From Wallemia ichthyophaga EXF-994 (Eukaryota; Fungi; Basidiomycota): a stretch of 32,000 nt of DNA. The stretch's first letter is position 1. Each line of letters opens with the position of its first letter. The DNA lies in NCBI RefSeq assembly GCF_000400465.1, contig NW_008806284.1:240001-272000 (forward strand), given 5' to 3'. Positions 1 through 12,500 of this stretch are shown in pieces. Made by a program: the position numbers and the translations under genes. The notes beneath the pieces were generated by a model. The model was given only the letters and a program-made list of their open reading frames with translations. It did no database searches and was not told the DNA's origin.

Positions 1-368
1 GAAATGAGGAGGAGGCGGGAGCAATTAAGTAAAGTAGTGGGATGGAAAACTAGAATGACACTGCAACTATTTTTAAGCACTTAAAAGTGATTACGTGCGT
101 AAAGTCACCAATACGTCAGCCAATCAGGGGCCACGAAAAAGGGAGACAGAAGAAGAGCAATAGGCAATGTATATGAAAACAGACGCGTAAAATATTATTA
201 AAATTAACATAATAAATCCGGTAAATTTTGATTTTTTTTTAAATCCCCAACAATTAAATTGCGGCGAGGAGAAATCTTTTTCTTCAACTTCCACATTGAA
301 ATAAAAAGTCCAGCCACCCTTTCACTTTAAACACATTTAAAAGCTCAAGCAGGGCAATTAAAATAAAG

Positions 369-3300
369 ATGTCTACCCATGATGAAAAACCAGTAAGAGA
401 GGGTGAAATTCCTTCAAAGGAGCAAGTGCCTCAAGAGGATGATGAATCACCTGGAGCTGAGTACTCGGCTTTGGTCAACTACATTCAAAATGTTGAACTT
501 AGAAAGGGTGATGACGAAGCCCAAGAGGAAGACGACGTTACTTACAAACGCGTAAGTTTTTTAGGTTTCACCTAAATGGTATTTTTAACACGCGTTTAGA
601 AATGGTATGCGCCTTGGAAAAAAGTTGAAATTAGACAACAAGGCGCAACTGTTCCTCCCGATTGGCTTACTGCCACTCACGCTTCAGGTGGTTTAAAGTC
701 ATCCGACGTTGAACCACGCCGTAAGCGCTTTGGTTTCAACGAATTAGAATCTCCAGAAGAGAATCACTTCCTCAAATTCCTTGGTTTCTTCAGAGGCCCT
801 GTTCTCTACGTTATGGAAGGTGCCGTCGCTCTTGCGGGTGGTCTTCGTGAATGGGTCGATTTCGGTGTCATTATTGGTATTCTTCTCCTCAACGCTTTCG
901 TCGGTTTCTATCAAGAAAAACAAGCTGGTGATATTGTGGCCCAACTTAAAGCTGGTATCGCTCTGCGTACTACCGTTGTCCGCGACGGTCAAGAGACTGA
1001 AGTCGAAGCACGCGAACTTGTTGTTGGTGATATCGTCGTTATTGAAGAAGGTGCGACAATTCCAGGTGATTGTGAACTTCTTGCGGACTACAAGGATAAG
1101 GATGGCTCAAAAGCTGCCGACATCCTTCAAAAAGTCAAGGAAGACGCAAAGAGAGAAAAAACTGACGACGACGAAGAAAAGTTCGGCAAAGGTCCATCAA
1201 TTTTGGCCGCTGATCAATCCGCTATTACTGGTGAATCCTTAGCTGTTGACAAGTATGTTGGTGACATTGCTTTCTACACCACCATCTGTAAGCGTGGTAA
1301 GGTTTATGCACGTGTCAAGATGAGTGCACCAATCTCTTTCGTCGGTAAAACTGCTGCCCTTGTTTTAGGCTCGAACGACAAGGGTCACTTCGTTAAGGTC
1401 ATGAACATTATCGGTGGTACTCTCTTGGTTCTTGTCATTGTCTTCTTGTTCGCTGTCTGGATTGGTGGTTTCTTCCGTAACGTAGAGATCGCCCAACCAA
1501 GAGACAATAACTTACTTGTCTACACTCTTATCTTCGCTGTCATTGGTGTCCCAGTTGGTCTTCCAGTTGTTACCACCACTACTCTCGCCGTCGGAGCTGC
1601 TTATCTGGCTAAGCAACAGGCCATCGTTCAACAACTCACCTCCATCGAGTCTCTCGCCGGTTGTGATATTCTCTGTTCCGATAAGACTGGTACCCTTACA
1701 GCCAACAAACTTTCTATTCACGAACCATACACGGCTGAAGGTGTCGACATGGACTGGATGATGTGTGTTGCTGCTCTTGCCTCATCGCACAACGTCAAGT
1801 CTTTGGACCCTATCGACAAGATCACCATTTCTACCCTTAAGGAATACCCTCGCGCCACCGAAATGCTTAAGACTGGATGGATCACCAAGGACTTTAGACC
1901 TTTCGACCCAGTGTCCAAGCGTATTACTTCAATTGTTGAGCGCGACGGTGTTACCTACACTTGTGCCAAGGGTGCTCCAAACTCTATTCTCAAGATGTGC
2001 AACTGTCCACCACAAATTGCTCAAGCATTCCGTGACCAAACTATGGAGTTTGCTTCTAGAGGTTTCCGTTCCCTTGGTGTTTCAGTTCAAGAAAACAACG
2101 GTGATTGGCAAGTTCTTGGTTTACTTCCTATGTTCGATCCTCCACGTCACGATACTGCTGCCACTGTTGGTGAAGCGATTAAGCTCGGTGTTGGTGTGAA
2201 AATGTTGACTGGTGATGCCGTTGCTATCGCTAAGGAGACTTGTAAAATGCTCGGTATGGGCACTAAGGTGAGAAGTTTCTCTTCTTTTCAGTCCTTTCTA
2301 ACTTTTCGTAGGTTTATGACTCTCACAGACTTATTGGTGGTGGTTCTATGGCAGGTTCTGAAATGCACGACTTCATTGAATCCGCCGATGGATTTGGTGA
2401 AGTTTTCCCAGAACACAAGTACCAAATTGTTGAGATGCTTCAACATCGTGGTCACTTGACGGCCATGACTGGTGATGGTGTTAACGATGCCCCAGCCCTT
2501 AAAAAGGCCGATTGTGGTATTGCAGTCGAAGGTGCTTCAGACGCTGCTCGTTCAGCTGCTGCCGTTGTTTTCCTTGACGAAGGTCTTTCAACCATTATTA
2601 CTGCAATTAAGGTCGCTCGTGAAATTTTCCACCGTATGAAGGCTTACATTGTTTATCGTATCGCTCTCTGTCTTCATTTGGAAATCTACCTTACACTCTC
2701 TATCCTCATTATGAACGAAACTATTCGTGCAGACTTGATTGTCTGGATTGCATTGTTCGCTGATTTAGCCACAGTCGCTGTTGCATACGATAATGCCCCA
2801 TACGCACTTACTCCAGTTTCGTGGCAATTACCAAAGATATGGATCATGTCAACTGTTCTTGGTGCAATTCTCGCAGGTGGTACTTGGATTCTTAGAGGTA
2901 CGCTTTTCCTCAACAGCGGTGGTGTTATCCAAAATTGGGGTGGTATCGAGCACATTCTCTTCTTGGAGGTTTGTCTCACTGAGAACTGGTTGATTTTCTT
3001 AACCAGAACCGGTGCTGGTGAATTCAAGTGGCCATCATGGCAATTGGTTGGTGCTATTGGTGGTGTAGATATCCTTGCAACTCTCTTCACCCTGTTCGGT
3101 TGGTTCCACGCTGAAGATGACATGCACAACGGTCACACCGACATTGTCACTGTTGTTAAGGTTTGGTGTTTCTCTATCGCTGTTATGGTTATCTGTACCC
3201 TTGCGTACGTTATCATGAACAACTGGAAGTGGTTGGACAACCTCGGAAAGAGACAAGTTGGAAAGGTAGACAGACGCGTTGAGGACTTCATGAACGAGTT

Positions 3301-3388
3301 GCAACGTATCACTATCGTACATGAAAGATCTGATAGAGATGTCTACAGACTCTACGGTAGATCTCAAGGTCTTGATTCCGACAGTTAA
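369..3388 (+). CDS. PMA1: Plasma-membrane H+-ATPase (P3A-type); exons 369-551, 600-2267, 2312-3388
   Basis: The ORFs join via introns 552-599 (GTAAGT..TAG) and 2268-2311 (GTGAGA..CTAAC..TAG). Motifs TGES, CSDKTGTLT (phosphorylated Asp), KGAP, DPPR, MLTGD and TGDGVNDAP are all present. Confidence 0.97.
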
Positions 3389-3618
3389 ATGAGTTAATTA
3401 AATAGTGGTAAATTTTTAATTACTGGATTAATTACAGCAAATTCTAAACAATTCATTTTCAAGATTCTGACCTTATAGAAACATTTCTAGTTTTTTTTAA
3501 TTCTAATACTAACTTCAATCATTCATTAATTTGCTCTTTTGTGGCTACACCAAACTAGAAAATCTTTTTGTTAAATATAAATACATATTTGTTGTTTAAG
3601 TCAAGCAGTTCTTCGATT

Positions 3619-4249
3619 TCATAAGTTTTGTTGCATCTTTTTAATTGACTTTTCAAGTGACCGTAGTCGTGCGTCGTCTTGTTCGAGTAATGACGTCATC
3701 TTGTTCATGTGCTTCTTGAATGCCTCATTTTGATCTTCAAGCGTACTGTTATGTCCTTTGAGCTCTGTTACTTTCTTCTGTAGTCCACGTATCTTCTCGT
3801 TGTGCATCAGTATTAGCCCTTTCAGCTTTGCCATCTCTGAAACTGTTTTATCTTCTACATACGGCTCCGAATCACTCTGGCTATTTGGGTAAACAGAGAC
3901 GTTGCCAGAGCTCAAGTCAAGTGTGAATGTATTTCTAATGTGCTCCAATTCGTACGGCACGTCTTTGTACATCCTCCCCGCTAATGACTTGCAGCGATTA
4001 CATCTTAGCCAAACATACACTGCGCCGTAATCTTCAGATTTCTTACTCTGAAATCTATCTGCGGTGATCTCCAGATTATCGGTCACAGCTAATGATATCA
4101 ATATTTCGTTTCGTAGAGCTACGCGACGTACAACTCAGAGTAACACAGCTAAAAGCAATAGGCTGGCCAAATGGTGCAACGCCATCACCGAGAACCAATG
4201 CGCAGTGTATACATTGGAATAATTTTGTCCTGCCTTCGCTCTCGGCCAT
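3619..4249 (-). CDS. MIS18: Mis18 centromere-licensing (CENP-A loading) protein; exons 4249-4132, 4088-3619
   Basis: A 43-nt intron at 4131-4089 (GTACGT..TAG) joins MAESEGRTKLFQCIHCALVLGD..TLS to SVTDNLE..WLRCNRCKSLAGRMYKDVPYELEHIRNTFTL. This gives two CxxC motifs of a Yippee/Mis18 fold plus a C-terminal coiled coil, and it matches the S. pombe Mis18 pattern as I recall it. Confidence 0.85.
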
Positions 4250-4264
4250 CGTTGCACCCGTTCT

Positions 4265-6504
4265 ATGATGATGGTTCAAGATAAGGGCGAGACGCCTATG
4301 AAAATTGAGCAGATGGCTTCGCTCGCGCTGAGTATATTGACTCTGCTCATCATCTGCTCTCTCTGCTTGTCGTACTTCCTCCAGCAGAAGAAAATTAGGT
4401 CCGTACACGAGACTGTGATAGCGGTGTTTGCAGGTGATTATAGGTGCTTTGAGGTGGTATACGGTCTCTAAAAGTTTCCAGGTATGGTCGTCGGTCTGAT
4501 TATCAGGCTTAGTCCTGGTCATATCATTCGCGAAATGGTGGTCAGTTCATCCACTTCTTCAAGCATACGCTTACTCACACAATGAAAGACCTTCTCGCCG
4601 TCTCTCTTCTTTAACCTTCTTTTACCTCCAAGTTCGTTTCACTACGACACTCCTCCGACCCTAACACGCTTCTCGCACAGTTATACTCGATTCCGGCTAT
4701 AGACTACGTGAAGCGCATTTCTTCAGAAACATTATACCAATCCTCACTTTCGCATTGGCTGGCACTTTCATTTCGGCTGTCGTTATCGGGTAGGTTGCTT
4801 CAATCTATCAAGTCTTGAGCCACGCTCATTTATCCCAATAGTTTCGTCGTCTACGTCTTCTCTTTTTTACACATTTCCAGTCTCCAGATTAGTTTGGTGG
4901 AGTGTCTCATTCTCGGCTCAACGCTCTCAGCTACCGATCCAGTCACCATTTTGGCAATTTTTAACACTTTCAAGGTAGATCCAAAGCTCTACTCTGTTAT
5001 ATTCGGTGAAAGTATCCTCAACGATGCCGTCTCTATCGTCCTTTATGAAACTCTAAGCCAATTCCATGGCGCTGACTTGAAAATGTCTTCCTTCTTCAGA
5101 GGCGCTGGTATTTTCTTCCTTTCGTTCAGTGGTTCTATGGCTCTCGGTGTGACCTTTGCCTTGGCTTGTAGTCTGGGTTTAAAACACTCCAAAGTCGGCT
5201 CCTTCCCCGGTATTGAAAGCTGTTTGGTGTCACTTATCGCCTACACTTCCTACTTTTTTTCGAACGGTATTGGCATGAGTGGTTTGTCAGCCTTTCACAG
5301 CTTTATAATCCCATTCTCATTTCACTCCAGGTATCGTGTCTCTCATTTTCTGCGGTATCACTCTGAAGCACTATGCTTACCACAATATGAGTACGAAGAC
5401 ACAACGAACTACCAAATCCATGTTTCATGTCCTTGCGCAACTCTCCGAAAACTTCATTTTTGTGGGTTTAACGGTTACTTGAGACAATTTCAACTCAATC
5501 TTTCTAGATCTACCTCGGTATCACTCTTTTCACGCAAGATGCTACGGAATTCAAGCCTATATTCATCGTTGTTGCTAGTCTGGCTGTCGTCATTGGTAGA
5601 TATATGACAGTATTTCCACTCTCCAAAGCCATCAATATGGTATACAGGTCAAAAGGACAAAGAGCTCCCGAGCTGCCACATAGCCATCAAGTGAGAGAAT
5701 CGTTTTCTTGCAACTTTAGCGCTGACGTTTATCACCCAGATGATGCTCTTCTGGGCTGGCTTGAGAGGTGCAGTTGGCGTAGCCTTGGCAGCTGGCATCA
5801 CAGGCAAGAACGCAGCAGCGCTGCGCACAACAGTTCTGATCGTCGTCGTATTGACTGTCGTCGTCTTCGGTGGCACGACATCTAGAATGCTGGAGGTGAT
5901 GGGCATCAAGATGGGTGTTGAAGATGATGAGGCGTCAAGCGATGAAGAGGACGACTATCCAACGCCTTCAGGAGTCAGGGGAGGATTGAGCAACTATCAA
6001 TACTTTAATCACCAAACAGAAGCATTGTCTCCGCAATACCAAGACAATGATATAGAAGAGGGAATCAACTTAGTGATTCCGAAGCAGCAGGATGTAAATC
6101 TCAAACAGGCAACTTCCTCAGCATCCCTTCAAAAGTCAAATTCGCCTTCGAAACGTGGAGAATCTACAGATAGGCGATCTAAGAGTTTGAATGCTGGCAG
6201 TTCAAGCAAACAACCAGTGCTCGATCTCGAGGATGATGACAATGAAGTGTTGCCCGTAGCAAACACCTCGAAAATTCCAAACAATCATGACCATGAGGGT
6301 GATATGGATAACAGCAGATTTGTTTTCAAAGACGGAAAGTGGTTCACTGACCTGGACGAAAGATACCTACTGCCACTTTTTAGCAATAGCGTTGCCAGTC
6401 GGCGTCACAATGCACGCAAAACTAACTCCAGACGTAATCTGCAGGAAGCAGAATCCAGTCCGTCTAACAACTCTAATTTAAGTCTCAATGAAGGCGGCTT
6501 ATAA
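4265..6504 (+). CDS. NHX1: Endosomal Na+(K+)/H+ exchanger (CPA1/NHE family); exons 4265-4433, 4482-4540, 4589-4631, 4681-4789, 4842-5281, 5331-5461, 5508-5690, 5740-6504
   Basis: Seven 46-52-nt introns restore IRSVHET, FFNLLLPPII, SATDPVT, FGESILNDAVSIV, SGIVSLIFCGI, ENFIFIYLG and WAGLRGAVG. The start could be at 4265, 4268, 4271 or 4298. Confidence 0.95.
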
Positions 6505-9500
6505 TGTGCTGAATTAGTTGGTTATTTGCCTGTTTGTATTCTTGAATATGCATCAGTGCGCTTATCGAATTGTATACGTTGTAAAGGTCACCACAAGTGA
6601 TTCTCTTCTTCATTCAACTTACATCACTATGTGCGACGAGAAATTACGGGTTAGAGGATGTTGTGAGAGCCCTGAAAAGTATATTCTGATATATTGTACC
6701 ATCCTTGGATTTCGTTGTTGCCTTTGCTTAGTCACATATTAGCTGGAGAAATGGATATGTGAAAGAGATTAATACGCATTTTAATAGCTTATTGAATTTT
6801 TACATATATCATGACATCCATTCTCTTCAATACACCCCAAAAAAAAGTCAATCTGGGAAACTTCTCCGCATCTCTAATGATGTCAAGATTTGTTTTGGGA
6901 TGACAGGGTGATGAAAATGGTTCTTTTAGGACTATCAAACGCTTGCAGTAGTATGAGCTGTTTAATTGAATTGCGTATACTCAAGATTAAGTGAGAAGAC
7001 GAATGCAGAGATACAATATACGGACAAATTGGATAATTTAGCAAAGTCAGTATTTCGTGAAATTCCTGTTCTTTCGAACATCACCTCGTCTCAGCCTTAC
7101 TCTCAATAGCCCCTGAGTTGGATTCTCGACCACCACTATATCTCATCTCAGATGACTGATTTACGAGTTTTTATAATGTCCAAATAAAAAAGCTTCATAT
7201 ATAGCCCTACATGAGCTGTGCAAGATGTTGCCAGATATATGTCCCTGAGCATTTGTTCGCGCCCTGTAGACTCTTCGGAAGTTAGAATACAACGTCGTTC
7301 AGGAGCACGCTTTAGGTTAAATATAAAGGATTTCACTCGCTTCATTGATTTTAACAAAATTTATCAGCTAATACAGATTACAAGCACCCAAGATCTCATT
7401 TATTCGGCTGTACAAACGCGATTTACGTTTTCCGACTATTAGCGTCCCCAGGAATTAAGCTGGCTGCATGAAAAAGTTTTTAAACATGCAGGATCATCGC
7501 AACAATATTGAAACCACTTAATGCAATAAAAGTTGAAGGTATCTCAGTACTAAATTTGGGGCTTTGGCTCGATCGGGTGACTTTAGAAATATGGATAATC
7601 ATCGTAGAGAGGTTATCAATGCTGCTTTGGACCCTTGTTATTCGCGGCTTATTATGGTAGAGCCTTTTAAGCTACCACATTAGCTTTCCAGCAGCAAGTC
7701 ACATCTGACTAAAAGAGTACAAAGTTATCACTACGCTATTCATGAAAAACTTACCTTAATTTTCTTTTCGATTTCACTAGCTACCGAATGATACCGATAT
7801 CGCTCATGTTATCACTTGTTTTGGTGCTATCATGGACAGACTGAACATGCTATCGTAAGACTACCGAAGCATACCAATTCCTTCAACTGGCAAAATTCAC
7901 AGAAGCTCGTGTGCTCTAATGATACATTTTGCTTTTTAAAGCGAAACATAGACCACAATCACCCAAGTTGCACAAGTACATACCTTTCAAAACGCGTGTT
8001 ACAAAGTCAGACGCACTGACTTTAGCGATTTCGACAAAAATCAATTTTGTTGTCAGGAATAACTTATTACCACTACGTAATTTCAGAAAAGAAGGAGTAG
8101 ATGTCACTCCAACTTTGAAATCGGGCGTTTAGCTTCTGATCAGTGCATTTCAAATTTTCATAAAATAGGGTGAATAGAAAGGTGGTTAAGACAATATGGA
8201 ATTTTATATGTCATGATTATAGGAATGTATGTTTTTGGATGCCAAGTCGCACTTAACCCCCACCGGCCTCAATTCCTGTACTTGCTGGTAACACGCCTTA
8301 GCAGCCATCGCACCTCAACGAGCTGACAACATCATTCGTTTCTGTAATACCAGGAAATACTTCTGGTGTGTCATTTGGAAGAGACGCTAGGATTTCAAGT
8401 TGCAGGGGAACTAGTTCAGGCTGCAAAAAAATGACTTGTTCAAATTTCGAAGATCAAAATGACTACGCAGGGAACGAGACCTAGACAAAATTAAGCTAAT
8501 AAGTCATTGCCTTTAATTACAATTAACGCTTTGTCTTATCAATTAATTTAATCTGCCCGTCCTAAAACTGTGAAACCCATGGGTAAACGTCGTATTCTAA
8601 CTCTGTGTTGATTCTACGACGTATGAGTCAAAAAATAAAGAAAGCCATATGCTTGATTCACTAACGTATAGCCTATATATGTCAGGCTTCCATCTCCTAA
8701 AAACGAAATGAAGGGAGATATGGTTATTTCCAACGAATGGTATGTAAATGCTTACGTTATCGCAACAAAAATCGTGAGCAAACGGAAATAATAATTAACG
8801 GGATTGTACGAACGTCTTTAAAAGACACCTGAAGAGGCATCTACATTACTCATTTTGTCAAATATATGTTGATTTCAAAATTTGTATTAATTTTATCTCT
8901 TTTAGGTGTACAGGCCATTCCCCAACCAAACAAACTGAAACTTAAGAAATTAAGGATTTGTAATCTGTGAGTACTGAAGAGCCACGATACCTTGTACTAC
9001 ATATTGTATTTTATGGCTGTAAAAGCCAATTCTCAGGCAATTAAAGCAGATATGTTAGTTGATGGACCCTTTCTTTATTCCACATACTTCTTACCATCTT
9101 AAATTACCATACATGAATCTGTGACTGCTTTATTAGTTGACTTATTTTATAATTGAACCCTTATCGGCTAGTGTTCTCAGAAAATATCCATATTGTAGAC
9201 TACGAAGGCCAAGCTGCTTTCCCACAGTTGTAATATTGCAATATTAGCTTACAGTTTTTGCTGTGAAAGCTATTTATCAAGTTAAAATCCTAGGCTTGAC
9301 AGTGCATTCTCAACAGATAAAGTGAAATTAGTTTGAAAACTTCGATAAGTAACGAAAACAAATCGAAACGACTCCTGCGTCACAACGTAATGCAGGACAT
9401 ACCTGTAATATAAAATCTGTTAAAAGCTGCAGGCTGTCAATAGCACAAGAGTAGAAAAAGATAAAAATTAAGCAGAAGACAATTTTATAGTTCAACATCT

Positions 9501-12500
9501 AGTATTGTTGTCCAAAACCTGAAAAAATATAAACAACGAATATTACTTAAGGTATACTTAAAAGAATACAGGCCATTAAAAAGACATTTGACTTTAACCC
9601 TTATAAATTCAATTATTGTTAAGGCAGGCTTTTGTCCGTTAAGTTAGACGTCTTTTGTTACTCCTACATCTTTTTAAAACGGATGAAACTGTATTTATCA
9701 TGAATATTCACTCTAGCTTAACCATGAAAAGATAATTTAATAACAAAGGCTTAGACGTTATAGTTTTCAAGATCACTGAAACATTTAAGAGCCAAGTCAA
9801 CAGCCTTGAATCTAATATGGTAAAAGTATTTTCAAGTATACCGAGAACAACTTATGACAATTAATAGTTTTGATTCATTGCGATAAGTTGGTATTCTTCC
9901 GTGTTCGACAAATTTTGTATATTCATTTCAAGTTTACATCTGGTTTTAATGCGAATTAAAAGCTATGTCTTTGATTGACTATGAGTCACCCATGATTCTA
10001 ATCTTTACAAAAATGCAATCAATATTGCATTCTCTTGTAAGAAGTAGTCAAACTTAGCGATTGTGATTTCCTTCATGTGAATTAATATCAAAAAAATAAC
10101 AGTATGATCGTTGTAATCCATAATTTTTAAGATTTAGCATTTATTGTGGTTACAAATATCAACACTGCAAAGTCTGAATGAGATTGAGATTGGTTTAGAG
10201 AAATTTACGTTGGAGACTCTATTGGCATGGGTGATCTTTAAAAAGATGTTCGACTTCATGGATTAAAATTAACCTTATAAGAATGTTTTGAATCATAAAG
10301 TGCTTTCGAGAGACTTGCACAACACCTAATGTTGTGCGGCTAACCAATATTTGTCAATAATGAACATGTAGAACTTTTTAATTAAATTTGTGGATACAAA
10401 CTGAAAAAGTCTGATACGGTTTCACGGGATTCACTTTTCAAATTATGAGATTACTCTCTTTCATGCGAAGTTTAAAAGTATTTTCAATTCTACCTCTTCA
10501 GCTACCATGGCTAAGCTGGTGTATATTTATTATATATTTTCAGGAACTTTATTCACAGTAGGGCCTTTTTCACCAAAGGTCAGTTTTATTGAACAAATTT
10601 ACGAGATAATCCCCCATGTATTATACTATGAGTGGGGTTCAGTATGGATTCAGAGTAACATGTATTAAGATCGTAGACTTATTTTTACTACTTTCAAAGT
10701 CATACCACTAATCGCAATCCGAAAGCTTTTGTGTAAAAAATTAGGCAAAAACATAAAGTCGTTTTGTGGTTTGAACGCAATAAAACGGTCGTAAATAAAC
10801 AATTATTTGTTACGGTTGCCATGGAATTAACAATAAGAAAGTAAACAGTATATAAGGTTTCATTCGCTCTCAGCATGAAGTTGTTAGTGAGCATATACCA
10901 GGGAGTTGCTAAGCATTCAAAGAACATATATTGTTTTGAATAGAAACATTAATGACATGTAATGATGGTTGTTCTTACTAACTTGAAACCATCATGCGAT
11001 TCTGAAGATGTACTAGCAAAGCAAAAAGTCTAGCTCAAGTTTACCAAGAGCCTTTAATTACTCAGCAGGAAGAGTACAGATATATCTTCTTGTTACAGAT
11101 CCTAGTGCTCATAATTAGGCAATTTAAATATGCGTTGAAGTATGATCCTCATAGTGTGTACAAGGCGAAAGATACGATCAGATGATTTATCGGTTCGCTT
11201 TTCTGTTACTTTAAAAATATCTTACCCACGTTAATGCAAAGTAGCATACTAATGGAGAAAATTGATCTCCTCGTTCTTATTTATGCGATCATGGCATTTC
11301 TAAATTGGAATCCTAATAAATTTCAGTTGGTCCATTCTTGTTTGTTTAGTTATTTTTTTTTTCAAATGTCACTCTTAGCTCACGCCACTTTTAAGTTATT
11401 TTGTGCGGAAAAGTGTGGGGCGCTCCACAAAAAGTGCAGAGTTTTGCGTGGACCATTGAAAAGTTATGCACTCGTCTGATACAGTATAAGAATTTCTATT
11501 CGTTTGAATGGAGCTAATACACCACATAATGTGTCTTTATCGCATATCAACTACAGGTGCTTAAGTAGCATAGCCATTCTCACCCTCAAGGATACCTTCA
11601 AAGTAATGGTTTAGTAAAATCGGACTATGAGCCTTTATTGAACCGCAAAATACTGCCAAATACTTTAAATTCAGGTTCAATCGTGTCAAAGGCTCGAAAT
11701 AATGAGAAATACATGTTGTTATCATTGACATTCTGTCTAATTTAGGTAGAAAATGGTTGACAATAATTAAGTCAACGTGTTTTTTTTTTTTTTCGGACAC
11801 GGATATCGCATCTTCGCTCAATCTTAGGACGTCAAGAGCTTTCGACTTGGCCAGCGAGTTCAACAACGATTGTTTATGCAATTCGTGCCATTATTGCGCC
11901 CAGGAAAGCACAATTTCGTCAAGTCTCAACTTATCAAGCATCTCACCTCCACTTAATTTGTATTATAGAATATCGCCGACCGCGGACCATCAGGGTAACT
12001 TCACATTTTCTCCTAAAGTTAGCCTTACCAGTGCACTCATTTGGCAGTTTTATGAGCAGGTGTGTTGCGACTCTGATCAGTGCATGATCTTCCTTTATAT
12101 TGTTGAACTCATTATGGCTTAAGCGCTCTTGGGCGTTCTTTTATTAAATTGACCTGCTGGTTTTCAGAATTTAGTAAATGTAGGTATATCTGTATAATTC
12201 GCAATTTTTTCAACAGTTTTTGCACCTATTTATGATATATAGCTATATTTGCTCAATTTTTATTGATGTTATGTCTTATCATATTACTTCCATCGCACAA
12301 CGAAGTATTTAGCAAATCTTGCAAGTGACAGGCTGCAGGATTGCGGATTGGCTTCTAAGCGAATAAGCAGATAGAACATGTGAAATTAGTGAAATAAATT
12401 TAGAGTCGTCGTGAGAAATGGCGCGTGATGACAATTGGATAAAAATGTTTGGATTACATTCGTTGATTTACACTGATGAAATGGAATATGAAGAAATATG

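Noticed and set aside
744-3367. Alternative-frame and antisense ORFs over PMA1 (e.g. 781-1242, 1765-2199, 2686-3129)
   Set aside because: Shadow ORFs caused by codon bias in a conserved gene; no independent motifs.
7464-7491. Inverted repeat CTGCATG..CATGCAG and similar short dyads in the desert
   Set aside because: A 7-bp stem is expected by chance at this scale, and there are no matching terminal repeats or target-site duplications.
7023-7520. Plus-strand frame with only ~5 stops in ~165 codons (includes ORF 7218-7442)
   Set aside because: The stop depletion is mild and not convincing after considering six frames, and no family resemblance was seen.
8240-11230. Short peptides in the desert resembling F-box (ELVPLQLEILASLP), GTPase (IHIVDYEGQ) or TPR (FKYALKYDP) motifs
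   Set aside because: Isolated matches of a few residues with no supporting context; expected by chance.
11561-12122. Overlapping 106-aa (-) and 121-aa (+) ORFs in the desert; the minus frame extends upstream through three stops and looked like a pseudogene
   Set aside because: No recognisable motif. A rough estimate (stop probability ~0.06 per codon, several hundred inter-stop segments in six frames of 6.6 kb) predicts about one ORF of this length by chance. tBLASTn/HMMER would be needed to revive it.
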